64,000 nt of DNA from Streptosporangiales bacterium (GTDB lineage Bacteria > Actinomycetota > Actinomycetes > Streptosporangiales > WHSR01). The notes beneath the pieces were generated by a model. It saw only the letters and a program-made list of their open reading frames with translations, did no database searches and was not told the DNA's origin. The stretch is taken from the NCBI GenBank assembly GCA_009379995.1, contig WHSR01000006.1, positions 41,865 through 105,864 on the forward strand, read 5' to 3'. The position numbers were made by a program, and so were the translations under genes. Each line of letters begins with the position of its first letter. Within the stretch, counting starts at the first letter, position 1. Shown piece after piece: positions 53,575 through 62,231 of this stretch.

Positions 53575-54204
53575 GTGGGGAATCGTCGAGCGGCGGGATG
53601 GCCGCCGTTAGCCGGGACGGTGCGGGATGACGGCCGGGTCGGGCGCTGGTTCAGTCTGATGCTGGCCGTCCCGCTGGCCGCCGGCGGCACCAACAGCGCC
53701 TGCGAGGCGGACTACCCGCCGCCGGGCGCGGAAGCGGACCAAGGCACCGAGGATCGCGGCAGCCACAGGGGCGAGGATCGTGAGAAGGCCGAGGCCGCTG
53801 GCGACCAGGACAACAAGGATAACGAGGATCGCGGCCGGAACCGGGAAATCATCTGCATGGTGTCGGCCGACGTGCCCACCTTCGACGAGGAAGGATCGCC
53901 GTTCATCGTGGGCGAGGCGACGTACTGGTGCGAGTCGCCCGGCGCCGACCAGTTGACCGTGATCGTACGGGTCCAGCAGCGCAACGACGACGGCACCTGG
54001 GTGACCGTCGCCAGCTCACGGGACACCGCGGTCGGCCTTCAGACGGTCCGGGACGAGGGGCGCGAGGAGCGGGTACGGCGGGCGACCGCGCCCTGCCGGT
54101 CCGGGACGTATCGCACCCTGGTGGTCGCCGAGCGCGGCCCCGGGGGCGACGCCAAGGTTCTGGTGGACAACAGCTTCCAGGCCACCGACCCCTGCGACCC
54201 TTGA
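53575..54204 (+). CDS. Hypothetical secreted protein or lipoprotein with an acidic low-complexity linker
   Basis: High GC3. Possible lipobox ...LAAGGTNSAC. The DQGTEDRGSHRGEDREKAEAAGDQDNKDNEDRG linker is followed by a Cys-containing domain. Start uncertain (GTG 53575 or 53620). Confidence 0.45.
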   Translation: MGNRRAAGWPPLAGTVRDDGRVGRWFSLMLAVPLAAGGTNSACEADYPPPGAEADQGTEDRGSHRGEDREKAEAAGDQDNKDNEDRGRNREIICMVSADVPTFDEEGSPFIVGEATYWCESPGADQLTVIVRVQQRNDDGTWVTVASSRDTAVGLQTVRDEGREERVRRATAPCRSGTYRTLVVAERGPGGDAKVLVDNSFQATDPCDP

Positions 54205-54251
54205 TCCGTACGGCTTGCGCCGGCCCAACTCCGGCTCGGCCCAACCCGGCG

Positions 54252-54420
54252 TCAGGTGTACGCCTGGCGGTATTCGCCGGGCGGCACACCGTACACCTCG
54301 CGGAACGCCCGGCCGAAGTGCGCCGGGTCGGTGAAGTGGCCGGTCAGGAGCGCCAGCTGGAGACCTGGGCGTCCCGCTCTCGGCGGGCGTCGCGTACCGC
54401 TTGCGCGGGGTCGAACGGCT
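54252..54420 (-). pseudogene. AraC-family HTH C-terminal remnant
   Basis: Ends ...QLALLTGHFTDPAHFGRAFREVYGVPPGEYRQAYT (second AraC HTH). The upstream helix (DARRERDAQVS) is in another frame and a TAG interrupts further upstream. No intact N-terminal domain. Confidence 0.45.
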
Positions 54421-54601
54421 AGCCCACGGGATTCGCCAGTACCGTGTCCAGCCACTCCCCCAAGGTTGGCGTTGCAAGATGGCGTTCGAGGAGGTCCTCC
54501 GCGACGCTCCGCACCTGGATGTACGGCACATCGTGAGCCTAATATGCGCATCGGCCGCCATTGAGAGTGGGTGGGTGAGTGATGGGCGACGTTCCCGCAG
54601 C

Positions 54602-55444
54602 TCAGCGGCCAGCCCACCAGCCCACCCAGAAGCGTCGGGTTAGCGGGCCGGTGAAGTTCGGCGATCGCTTCTCCAGGAACGCGGCGATGCCCTCCCGGGC
54701 GTCGTCGGTGGCGGCGACCTCACCGAACCGCCGCGCCAGGTAGGTCAGCCGGTCGCGGAGCGGCTCATCTCGGTAGGTGAAGTAGGCGTCCCGTCCCAGG
54801 GACAGCCCGATCGGGCTCTTGTCCGCGATGGCCGCGGCCAGCTCGTCGACCCGCCGATCCAGCTCCGCCCGCGGTACGGCCTCGGTGATCAGTCCGATCT
54901 CGACGGCCTCCGGCGCGGTGACCGGCCGGCCGGTGTAGTAGAGCTTGAGCGCCTGCTTCGGAGGGACGTTCCGGTCGACGACTGCCATGATCATCATCGG
55001 CCACAGGCCCACGTTGACCTCGGGCGTGCCCAGCTTCACGTCGTCGGCCGCGACGACGAGATCGCACGAGCACGCCAGCCCCAGCCCTCCGGCCAGGGCG
55101 TGGCCGGCAAGCCGGCCGATGATCGGCTTACCCAGCTCCGGAAACGCGGAGAAGAGGTCGACCGCGTCGGCCTCCCCGGCCCGCTCTCCGCCGCCCGAAG
55201 CCTGGCCCGGGATGCTTCCCCGGCCCATGGCGCCGAGGTCGGCACCGGCGCAGAAGACCCTGTCTCCTGCGCCGGTCAGCACGACGACCCGTACCTGCGG
55301 GTCCTTCTTCGCCCGCTCGAGCGCGTCGAGCAGGTCCGCGGTCATCTCCGGGCTGAGCGCGTTGCGCGCCTCGGGCCGGTCGAGCGTGATCCGGCCGACC
55401 CGGTCGGCGACCTCGTAACGGAGGGTCCGGTAGCCTCCGACCAT
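54602..55444 (-). CDS. Enoyl-CoA hydratase/isomerase family protein
   Basis: ITLDRPEARNAL...VVVLTGAGDRVFCAGADL...GHALAGGLGLACSCDL.... The ATG overlaps the thiolase stop (TGATG). Confidence 0.85.
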   Translation of the reverse strand: MVGGYRTLRYEVADRVGRITLDRPEARNALSPEMTADLLDALERAKKDPQVRVVVLTGAGDRVFCAGADLGAMGRGSIPGQASGGGERAGEADAVDLFSAFPELGKPIIGRLAGHALAGGLGLACSCDLVVAADDVKLGTPEVNVGLWPMMIMAVVDRNVPPKQALKLYYTGRPVTAPEAVEIGLITEAVPRAELDRRVDELAAAIADKSPIGLSLGRDAYFTYRDEPLRDRLTYLARRFGEVAATDDAREGIAAFLEKRSPNFTGPLTRRFWVGWWAGR

Positions 55445-56595
55445 CACCCGAGGCGCTCGATGATCGTGGCGTTGGCCTGGCCGCCTCCCTCGCACATGGT
55501 CTGCAGCCCGTACTGGCCGCCGGTGCGCTCCAGCTCGTGCAGCAGCGTCGTCATCAGCTTCGCGCCGGTGGCGCCGAGCGGATGCCCGAGCGCGATCGCG
55601 CCGCCGTTGACGTTGGTCTTCTCCAGCGGCGCGCCGGTGTCATGCGACCAGGCCAGCGGCACAGGCGCGAACGCCTCGTTGACCTCGAACAGGTCGATGT
55701 CGTCCAGCGTCATCCCGGCCCGCGCCAGCACCTTCTCGGTGGCCGGGATCGGCGCGGTGAGCATGAAGACCGGGTCGGCACCCACCACCGTCAACGCCCG
55801 GATCCGGGCCCGTGGGGTGAGGTTGTGCCGCCGCACCGCGTCCTCGGAGGCGAGCAGCAGCGCGGCCGCCCCGTCCGAGATCTGGCTGGAGGTGCCCGCG
55901 GTGATCTGCCAACCCTCGCGCAGCGGCGCCAGACCCGCCATCTTCTCCGGCGAGGTGTCGCGGCGGGGCCCCTCGTCCTGCCGTACGCCGTTCACCGGTG
56001 CGATCTCCCGGTCGAACCGACCCTCGTCGATCGCGGTGGCCGCGCGCTGGTGGCTGCCCAGCGCGAACTCCTCGAGCCGCTCCCGGGTGAAGCCCCACTT
56101 CTCGCACATGAGCTGGGCGCCCCGGAACTGCGAGATCTCCTGATCGCCGTACCGCGCCTTCCAGCCATCGCCGTCGTACGGGGTGCCCCAGCCCTTCTCG
56201 AACCCGACGACGGCGGCGCTTCCGATGGGAACCATGCTCATGTTCTCCACGCCGCCGGCGACCACCAGGTCCTGCGTGCCCGACATGACGGCCTGCGCCG
56301 CGAACTGCACGGCCTGCTGCGACGAGCCACACTGCCGGTCGATGGTGACCCCGGGTACGTCCTCCGGGAGACCCGCGGACAGCCAGGCTGTACGGGCGAT
56401 ATCCACCGTCTGCGCGCCGACCTGGTCGACGCAGCCGAAGATGACATCGTCGACAGCGCTCGCGTCCACACCGGTGCGCCCGACGAGTTCCTTGATCACA
56501 TGTGCGCCGAGGTCCGCGGGGTGAACACCGGAGAGCCCGCCGCCCTTCTTGCCCACCGGAGTTCGTACCGCGCCGACGATGTACGCCTCAGCCAC
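55444..56595 (-). CDS. Acetyl-CoA C-acyltransferase (thiolase)
   Basis: AYIVGAVRTPVGKKGG, IDRQCGSSQQAV (active-site Cys), NVNGGAIALGHPLGATG and CEGGGQANA. GTG at 56595 has a GGGAGGA RBS (the ORF track starts at 56658). Confidence 0.9.
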   Translation of the reverse strand: MAEAYIVGAVRTPVGKKGGGLSGVHPADLGAHVIKELVGRTGVDASAVDDVIFGCVDQVGAQTVDIARTAWLSAGLPEDVPGVTIDRQCGSSQQAVQFAAQAVMSGTQDLVVAGGVENMSMVPIGSAAVVGFEKGWGTPYDGDGWKARYGDQEISQFRGAQLMCEKWGFTRERLEEFALGSHQRAATAIDEGRFDREIAPVNGVRQDEGPRRDTSPEKMAGLAPLREGWQITAGTSSQISDGAAALLLASEDAVRRHNLTPRARIRALTVVGADPVFMLTAPIPATEKVLARAGMTLDDIDLFEVNEAFAPVPLAWSHDTGAPLEKTNVNGGAIALGHPLGATGAKLMTTLLHELERTGGQYGLQTMCEGGGQANATIIERLG

Positions 56596-56816
56596 AACGT
56601 CCTCCCACGTCCGTCGCTGTGCCGTCGAGATCCGCAAACCAGCGTACTGGTCGGTCACCGAACCTCATTCGGTCACCAGGCTACCTCGCCCGCCGGGCGC
56701 ATGCCGTTCTCTGCCCGTGCCGCAGATCCTCCCGTTGGTGCTATATTTCAACGTAGGTTGATTTACGTTTACTCCCGGTTTACCGTGGCTACAAGAGCCG
56801 TGGAGGAGGCGCCGGC

Positions 56817-59633
56817 ATGGGCACCCAGAGCACGACGGCGGGCGATCTGGGAACCGGCGGCGGGCACGACGGGCTCGTCCTGTCGTTCGAGGAGATCGGC
56901 GCGACGATGCTGCCGCTGGTCGGCGGCAAGGCGGCGAACCTGGGCGAGCTGACCCGAGCGGGGCTCCGGGTGCCGCCCGGCTTCTGCGTGACCACCGAGG
57001 CGTACGAACTCGTGGCGGCCGGGGCCGGGCTGGAACCGGTGCTGGCCTCGCTGGCTGATTCCTCCCTGGCCGAGCGGGCCGAGGAGGAAGCAGCCGAACT
57101 CGCCGCGACCGCCCGGGAGCGGCTGCTGTCCGCCCCCGTACCGGACGCCGTGGCCCGGGCCATCACCGAGGGTTACGTTCGGCTGGGCCACGGCGAGCCG
57201 ATCGCGGTGGCCGTGCGCTCCTCCGCCACCGCCGAGGACCTGCCGTTCGCCAGCTTCGCCGGGCAGCAGGACACCTACCTCGGGGTGATCGGCGCAGAGG
57301 CTGCGCTCGACGCGGTACGGCGCTGCTGGGCGTCGCTGTGGACCGAGTGCGCGGTGAGCTACCGGACCAGCGCCGGGATCGACCACCGCGGTGTGCGGCT
57401 GGCCGTCGTGATCCAGCGCATGGTCGACGCGCGGGTCGCCGGTGTGATGTTCACAGCTAATCCACTCACCGGCCGGCGCCGCCAGGCGGTGATCGACGCG
57501 AGCCCCGGGCTCGGTGAGGCGGTCGTGTCCGGCGCGGTCAACCCCGACCATTTCGTGGTGGACCCCTCGACCGGCGAGGTGCTCGAACGGCGTCTCGGCG
57601 ACAAACGCCTGCTGATCCGAGCGGTGCCGGAAGGCGGCACCGAACGGGTCGAGCTCGCCCACCCGACGCAGGGGGCCGACGCGACCGCCTGCCTCGGCGA
57701 CGACGAGCTCGCCGCCCTCGCCCGGCTCGGCGGCCGGGTCGAGGACCACTACGGCGCGCCCCAGGACACCGAGTGGGCGATCGACGCCGAGGGCACCCAG
57801 TGGCTCACCCAGGCCCGGCCGATCACCACCCTCTACCCCCTGCCGGACGTTGCTCCCCCGCCGGACGGCGAGCTGCGGGTGTACTTCTCGGTGAACGTTG
57901 CCCAGGGCGTGTTCCGGCCGCTCACGCCGATGGGCATCCAGATGTTCCGGCTGGTCGGCTCGTCGCTGGCGGCGGTGGTCGGACTGCGGCTCGCGGACCC
58001 GACGGCGGGGCCTCCGATCATGGTGGTCGCGGCGGACCGGCTGTTCCTCGACACGACGAAGGCAATACGCAGCAGCCTGGGGCGACGGATCGTGCCCGCG
58101 GTGATGGGCATCATGGAGGCCCGCTCCGCGCCGATCTTCCGCCGGCTCTTCGACGACCCGAGGCTGAGCGTCGCGCACTCGGCGTGGCCGGCGCTGCGCC
58201 GCATCCTGCCGGCCGTGCTGCGCCAGGGCGTGCCGTTCCGGGTGGTCCACAGGGTGCTGCGTCCCGCCAGGGCGCGGCTACGGCTGGCACGGACGATCGA
58301 GGAGATCCGGCGGGCGACGGCCGTGCCCGCCGGGGCGTCCGCCGGTGAGCGGCTCGCGGCGGTCGAGAACGCCGTGGCCCGTACCGTGCGCCCGCTCTTC
58401 CTCGGCGCCGCGGCCCCGGTGTTGCTGACCTACGCCGGCCTCTGGCGCGTCACCCGCAAGCTGCTCGGCTATGCGGCGACCGACGACGAGCTGCAGACCG
58501 TGCTGCGCGGTCTCCCGTACAACACGACCACTGAGATGGACCTCGAGCTGTGGCGGATCAGCGCCGACATCGGTCGCGACCCGTCCGCGCGGGCGTTGTT
58601 CCTGGACAACTCGCCGGAGGAGCTGGCGCGGATGTACGGCGCGGGCGGCCTGCCGTCGGCCGCCCGTCGTGGGCTCACGGGATACCTCGAGCGGTACGGC
58701 CACCGGGGGGTGGCCGAGATCGACATCGGCATGCCCCGCTGGGCGGACGAGCCCGACCACATCCTCGGCGCGGTCGCCAACTACCTGCGGCTCGGCGACC
58801 CCGAGCTGGCACCGGACGTGCAGTTCGAGAGGGGTCGCCGGGCCGGTGAGGCCATGGCCGCCGAACTCGCCCGCCGGGCGCGGGGGCGCGGCCGGATGCG
58901 CGGGAAGATCGTCGGGTTCTGTCTACGGCGCGTTCGCGCGATCGCGGGCCTGCGGGAGACCCCGAAGTTCAGCATCGTCCTGCTGTTCGCCGGCATCAGG
59001 GAGCAGCTGCGCCACGTTGGCGAGGAGCTTGCCGCGAGCGGACGGCTCGAGTCGGGCGAGGACATCTACTTCGTCGACCTCGGCGAGGCTCGGGAAGGGC
59101 TGTCCGGCCGGGACCTGCGGCCCCTCGTCCGGGAGAGGCGGGCGTCGTACCGGCAGGAGCTGCGGCGCCGCCACGTGCCGCGGATCCTGCTGTCGGACGG
59201 CACCGAGCCGGAGAACGACGGGAGTGGGGATGTCTCCGCCGAGACGTCCGCGGGGGGCGCGGCGGACGCCCTAGGCGCGCTCACCGGCACGCCGGCCTCG
59301 CCGGGCAGGGTGACGGCCAGGACGCGGGTGGTGCTCGACCCTGTCGGCGCCCACCTCGAGCCCGGCGAGATCCTGGTCGCGCCGTCGACCGACCCCGGCT
59401 GGACCCCGCTGTTCCTTACCGCGGGCGGGCTGGTCATGGAGATGGGCGGGGCCATGTCGCACGGTGCGGTGGTGGCCCGGGAGTACGGCATCCCGGCCGT
59501 GGTGGGCGTCCGGCACGCCACCGAGCGCATCGAAACCGGCGGCCTGGTCACCGTCGACGGCTCGGCGGGAACCGTCACGGCCCAGCCGCCCGCGCACCAA
59601 ATGTCGCCGAACTCACCACGAAGTGATCTGTGA
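56817..59633 (+). CDS. PEP-utilising enzyme of the rifampicin-phosphotransferase (RPH)-like architecture (usually annotated phosphoenolpyruvate synthase)
   Basis: N-terminal ATP-grasp (LVGGKAANLGEL..., VAVRSSATAEDLPFASFAGQQDTYLGV, TEWAID), a long middle domain, and a C-terminal swivel His domain (GGAMSHGAVVAREYGIPAVVGV). GGAGGAGG RBS. Confidence 0.75.
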   Translation: MGTQSTTAGDLGTGGGHDGLVLSFEEIGATMLPLVGGKAANLGELTRAGLRVPPGFCVTTEAYELVAAGAGLEPVLASLADSSLAERAEEEAAELAATARERLLSAPVPDAVARAITEGYVRLGHGEPIAVAVRSSATAEDLPFASFAGQQDTYLGVIGAEAALDAVRRCWASLWTECAVSYRTSAGIDHRGVRLAVVIQRMVDARVAGVMFTANPLTGRRRQAVIDASPGLGEAVVSGAVNPDHFVVDPSTGEVLERRLGDKRLLIRAVPEGGTERVELAHPTQGADATACLGDDELAALARLGGRVEDHYGAPQDTEWAIDAEGTQWLTQARPITTLYPLPDVAPPPDGELRVYFSVNVAQGVFRPLTPMGIQMFRLVGSSLAAVVGLRLADPTAGPPIMVVAADRLFLDTTKAIRSSLGRRIVPAVMGIMEARSAPIFRRLFDDPRLSVAHSAWPALRRILPAVLRQGVPFRVVHRVLRPARARLRLARTIEEIRRATAVPAGASAGERLAAVENAVARTVRPLFLGAAAPVLLTYAGLWRVTRKLLGYAATDDELQTVLRGLPYNTTTEMDLELWRISADIGRDPSARALFLDNSPEELARMYGAGGLPSAARRGLTGYLERYGHRGVAEIDIGMPRWADEPDHILGAVANYLRLGDPELAPDVQFERGRRAGEAMAAELARRARGRGRMRGKIVGFCLRRVRAIAGLRETPKFSIVLLFAGIREQLRHVGEELAASGRLESGEDIYFVDLGEAREGLSGRDLRPLVRERRASYRQELRRRHVPRILLSDGTEPENDGSGDVSAETSAGGAADALGALTGTPASPGRVTARTRVVLDPVGAHLEPGEILVAPSTDPGWTPLFLTAGGLVMEMGGAMSHGAVVAREYGIPAVVGVRHATERIETGGLVTVDGSAGTVTAQPPAHQMSPNSPRSDL

Positions 59634-59666
59634 GTTCGCGAACACCCAGATAATCGAGGGTCGGTT

Positions 59667-59705
59667 ACTCTAGGCAAGGTACCGCTGGTGTGCCCTAGAG
59701 TTTTC
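59667..59705 (+). terminator. Hairpin + T-tract after the RPH-like gene
   Basis: ACTCTAGG (59667-74) pairs with CCTAGAGT (59694-701), 19-nt loop, followed by TTTTCG. Confidence 0.4.
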
Positions 59706-59791
59706 GTCACTTGTGGTTTTCGTCACCTATCGGCCGTATCGCAGCATTGAAGGGGGTACGACCTAGTGCTCTCCCCGACGTGGAGGGCGCA

Positions 59792-60283
59792 ATGACCGGA
59801 GCGGGGCCCCGGACCAGCGCCATAGGACAGCGAACCGACGGTGAACACCCCGACGCCCGTGGCCTGATGAGCATCGGCAGTCTGGCCAGGGTCACGGGTG
59901 TCAGCAGCCGCACGATCAGGTACTACGAGGAACTCGGCATCCTGCCGGCACCCAAGCGCTCTCCCGGCGGTACTCGCAAGTACCCAGAGGAGTACCGCCT
60001 CTATATCGAGGGCGCCCTCGCGCTGAAGGAGCTCGGATTCAGCCTCGAGGAGATCAAACTGCTCGGAGGACTCGCCCTGGGCCGGCGAATACCCGCCGAG
60101 CACCGGCAGCAGGTGGCCGACGTTGTGTGGGAAAAGGTGCAGCGACTCGAGCACAAGATCAAGGTTTTGCGGCAGCTGTACGACATGCTGGACGAGGCTG
60201 ACGAGGAGCTGACCGGGGCGCCGTCCGCCCCGCATCCGCTCCGGGCGTTGCTCCAAGAGGAGCGCCCTCCGCTGGCCTCTTGA
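59792..60283 (+). CDS. MerR-family transcriptional regulator
   Basis: MSIGSLARVTGVSSRTIRYYEELGILPAPKRSPGGTRKY is the MerR HTH. GGAGGG RBS before the ATG at 59792 (alternative ATG at 59867). Confidence 0.8.
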   Translation: MTGAGPRTSAIGQRTDGEHPDARGLMSIGSLARVTGVSSRTIRYYEELGILPAPKRSPGGTRKYPEEYRLYIEGALALKELGFSLEEIKLLGGLALGRRIPAEHRQQVADVVWEKVQRLEHKIKVLRQLYDMLDEADEELTGAPSAPHPLRALLQEERPPLAS

Positions 60284-60401
60284 GCCGACGTCGGGGCCAC
60301 GGGCAGCGGCCCCGGTCGGTCCGGTGATGCGTCGCGTTTGAGGTGCCATCATCGCCTGGTCTTCGCGTACGCTCACGCTGAGGACACGGTCCGAGATAGG
60401 C

Positions 60402-60584
60402 ATGCCCAGGGGAGGCAACGTGGATGGTTTGATCGTCCTCCTGCTCTTGGCCCTCATCATCGCCTGGGTCGTCGGTCGGACCCGTCGCCGTGCCGGTTTC
60501 GGCACCCAGGCGCGGACGTACGTGGGCGTGATAGTGATCTTCGTGCTCGTGGTCCTGATGCTGTACGCGACCTCGCAGGGCTGA
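60402..60584 (+). CDS. Small two-helix membrane protein (hypothetical)
   Basis: LIVLLLLALIIAWVV...RTYVGVIVIFVLVVLMLY. A GTG at 60420 has a better RBS (GGGGAGG). Confidence 0.4.
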   Translation: MPRGGNVDGLIVLLLLALIIAWVVGRTRRRAGFGTQARTYVGVIVIFVLVVLMLYATSQG

Positions 60585-60593
60585 CGTCCCGCC

Positions 60594-60644
60594 CCGCCCT
60601 TCTTGCCCGTGATCTTTCTGCAAGATCACGGGCAAGAAGGGCGG
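60594..60644. repeat. Palindromic repeat family A, short form (copy A6)
   Basis: Perfect 23-bp stem CCGCCCTTCTTGCCCGTGATCTT / AAGATCACGGGCAAGAAGGGCGG with 5-nt loop TCTGC. Lies between convergent stops. Confidence 0.9.
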
Positions 60645-60652
60645 CAAGAGGG

Positions 60653-61426
60653 TCAGCGCGAGCCAGCCAGCAGGACCTCGGCGACCTGGTCCGGATCATC
60701 GCTCGGCGGCACGTGGCCGCAGCCTTGCAGCGCGACGTGCCTGGCCTCGGGCAGCGCCTCCCGGGCGCGTTCGGCCTGGACCGGCAGGAGCAAACGGTCA
60801 CGGGTACCCCAGGCCACCGTGACCGGTGACCTGGGGACGCCCCAGAAGTAGTAACGGAAGGTATTCGGCAGCGTCACGTCGAAACCGGGAGCCCTGCGGA
60901 ACGCCTCGACGGTCGCCAACGCGGCATCCGGATCGAGCCGCCACGGTCGGGCGTAGATCTGCCCGAGGAACGCGGTCCGCAGCGGGGTGGAACGCATCAG
61001 CCGGGGCGTTAACGGACGAAGCGCGCGGGCGAGGGCGCGCGACCCACGGAGGGAGGCCGCGGCGTAGCGGGCCTCGGCGGGCGTCCAGAAGCCGATGGGC
61101 GACAGGGCGGTCGCGGATCGCACGGTACCGCGCCGGGCGAGCTCCAAGGCGATGCCGCCGCCCAGGGAGTTGCCGGCCACGTGCGGCGTGCCGACACCCA
61201 GCCCGTCGATGAACCGCTCGACGGCCTCGGTCAGCGTACTGACGTCGTGCCGCGCTCCGCCCGGCAGCAGCGGCGAATCGCCGAAGCCGGGCAGGTCGAC
61301 GGCGATCACCTCACGCTCGGCCGCCAGCCGGTCGAGGACGGGAACCCACATGCCGCGGTAGCTGCCGAGGCCATGCACGAGCATCAGCGGCGGGCCCTGC
61401 CCCCGGCGGTCGTAGGCGAGGCTCAT
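60653..61426 (-). CDS. Alpha/beta-fold hydrolase
   Basis: GGGAGGA RBS. PLMLVHGLGS, nucleophile elbow VAGNSLGGG and C-terminal GCGHVPPSDDPDQV. Confidence 0.85.
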   Translation of the reverse strand: MSLAYDRRGQGPPLMLVHGLGSYRGMWVPVLDRLAAEREVIAVDLPGFGDSPLLPGGARHDVSTLTEAVERFIDGLGVGTPHVAGNSLGGGIALELARRGTVRSATALSPIGFWTPAEARYAAASLRGSRALARALRPLTPRLMRSTPLRTAFLGQIYARPWRLDPDAALATVEAFRRAPGFDVTLPNTFRYYFWGVPRSPVTVAWGTRDRLLLPVQAERAREALPEARHVALQGCGHVPPSDDPDQVAEVLLAGSR

Positions 61427-61522
61427 GCGGTCATCCTCCCAGCCACCCGGCGCTGAATGGGCCGGTTTGCGCCCGCCGACGTCTGTCACGGGCCGGCACC
61501 GCGTGGCGTCCGCCGGCGTCCC

Positions 61523-62206
61523 TCAGCCGCTGGAGGCCGGGCTTGGCGTCGCCGTCTCCGCGTCCGCACCGCTGCCTTTCCGCTCGCTGCCTTTCCGCTC
61601 GCCGCCCTTCCTTTCGCGGCCGGCCCTCTCGGAAGCGGGACCCGGCGAGCCGGTCGGCGAACCGGTGGGTGAGGCGGTCGGGGACGGCGGCGGGCTCGTC
61701 GGCGCGGGGAATGACGTGTAGAGGTCGGCGTACGGCATCACCGGCGTATTCACCTCAACGGTCCCGGCCTGCTCGAACTCGAAGGCGAGCCGGACGTACT
61801 GGCCACCGCTCAAGTTCCTGGTCAGATCCTGCAGGGTCAGAGGGGGACCGCCCTCTCCGGGGCGGACGGGCTCGCTCACCGGCAGGGTGAGCCGGTCGCC
61901 AGGGATCTCCACCGAGCGCGCGGTGCCGGGGGCCGTCACCGAGACCAGGTCGTCGGGCTGGGCGCGGCCGTTGATCAGGACCAGGTAGATCGGGGCGGAT
62001 TCGCCGGCGGGAATCGTCTCGCCGGGTCCTGGGCCCAGCACGAAGACGTTCCTCAGCAGAATGCCGCGCAGCGACGCGTTCTCGCCGTTTGCCAGGACGG
62101 ATTGTGCCGCGTCCCCGCCGGATCCCGCACAGCCCGCGAGCAGAGACACGAGCGCTGCGGCGACCGCGAGGGCAGGTCCCCGCGCAACACGACCCCTCGA
62201 CCTCAC
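61523..62206 (-). CDS. Lipoprotein with a Pro/Ser/Thr-rich and ERKG-repeat tail
   Basis: GTG with GGGAGGG RBS. Lipobox LVSLLAGC. The tail ...PTSPPPSPTASPTGSPTGSPG...RERKGGERKGSERKGS is encoded by 15-nt tandem repeats. Confidence 0.65.
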   Translation of the reverse strand: MRSRGRVARGPALAVAAALVSLLAGCAGSGGDAAQSVLANGENASLRGILLRNVFVLGPGPGETIPAGESAPIYLVLINGRAQPDDLVSVTAPGTARSVEIPGDRLTLPVSEPVRPGEGGPPLTLQDLTRNLSGGQYVRLAFEFEQAGTVEVNTPVMPYADLYTSFPAPTSPPPSPTASPTGSPTGSPGPASERAGRERKGGERKGSERKGSGADAETATPSPASSG

Positions 62207-62231
62207 AAAGCCCTCCCATCGGAAACATGTC

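Noticed and set aside
56659-56816. A rifamycin-associated element (RAE) upstream of the RPH-like gene.
   Set aside because: I see no GC-rich ~19-bp inverted repeat there, only an AT-rich stretch with a 6-bp inverted repeat. I also cannot recall the RAE consensus reliably enough to score it.
1223-60644. Whether repeat families A and B could be CRISPR arrays.
   Set aside because: Copies are kilobases apart with genes between them, and there is no regular repeat-spacer periodicity. Each unit is itself a long palindrome, and no cas genes are present.
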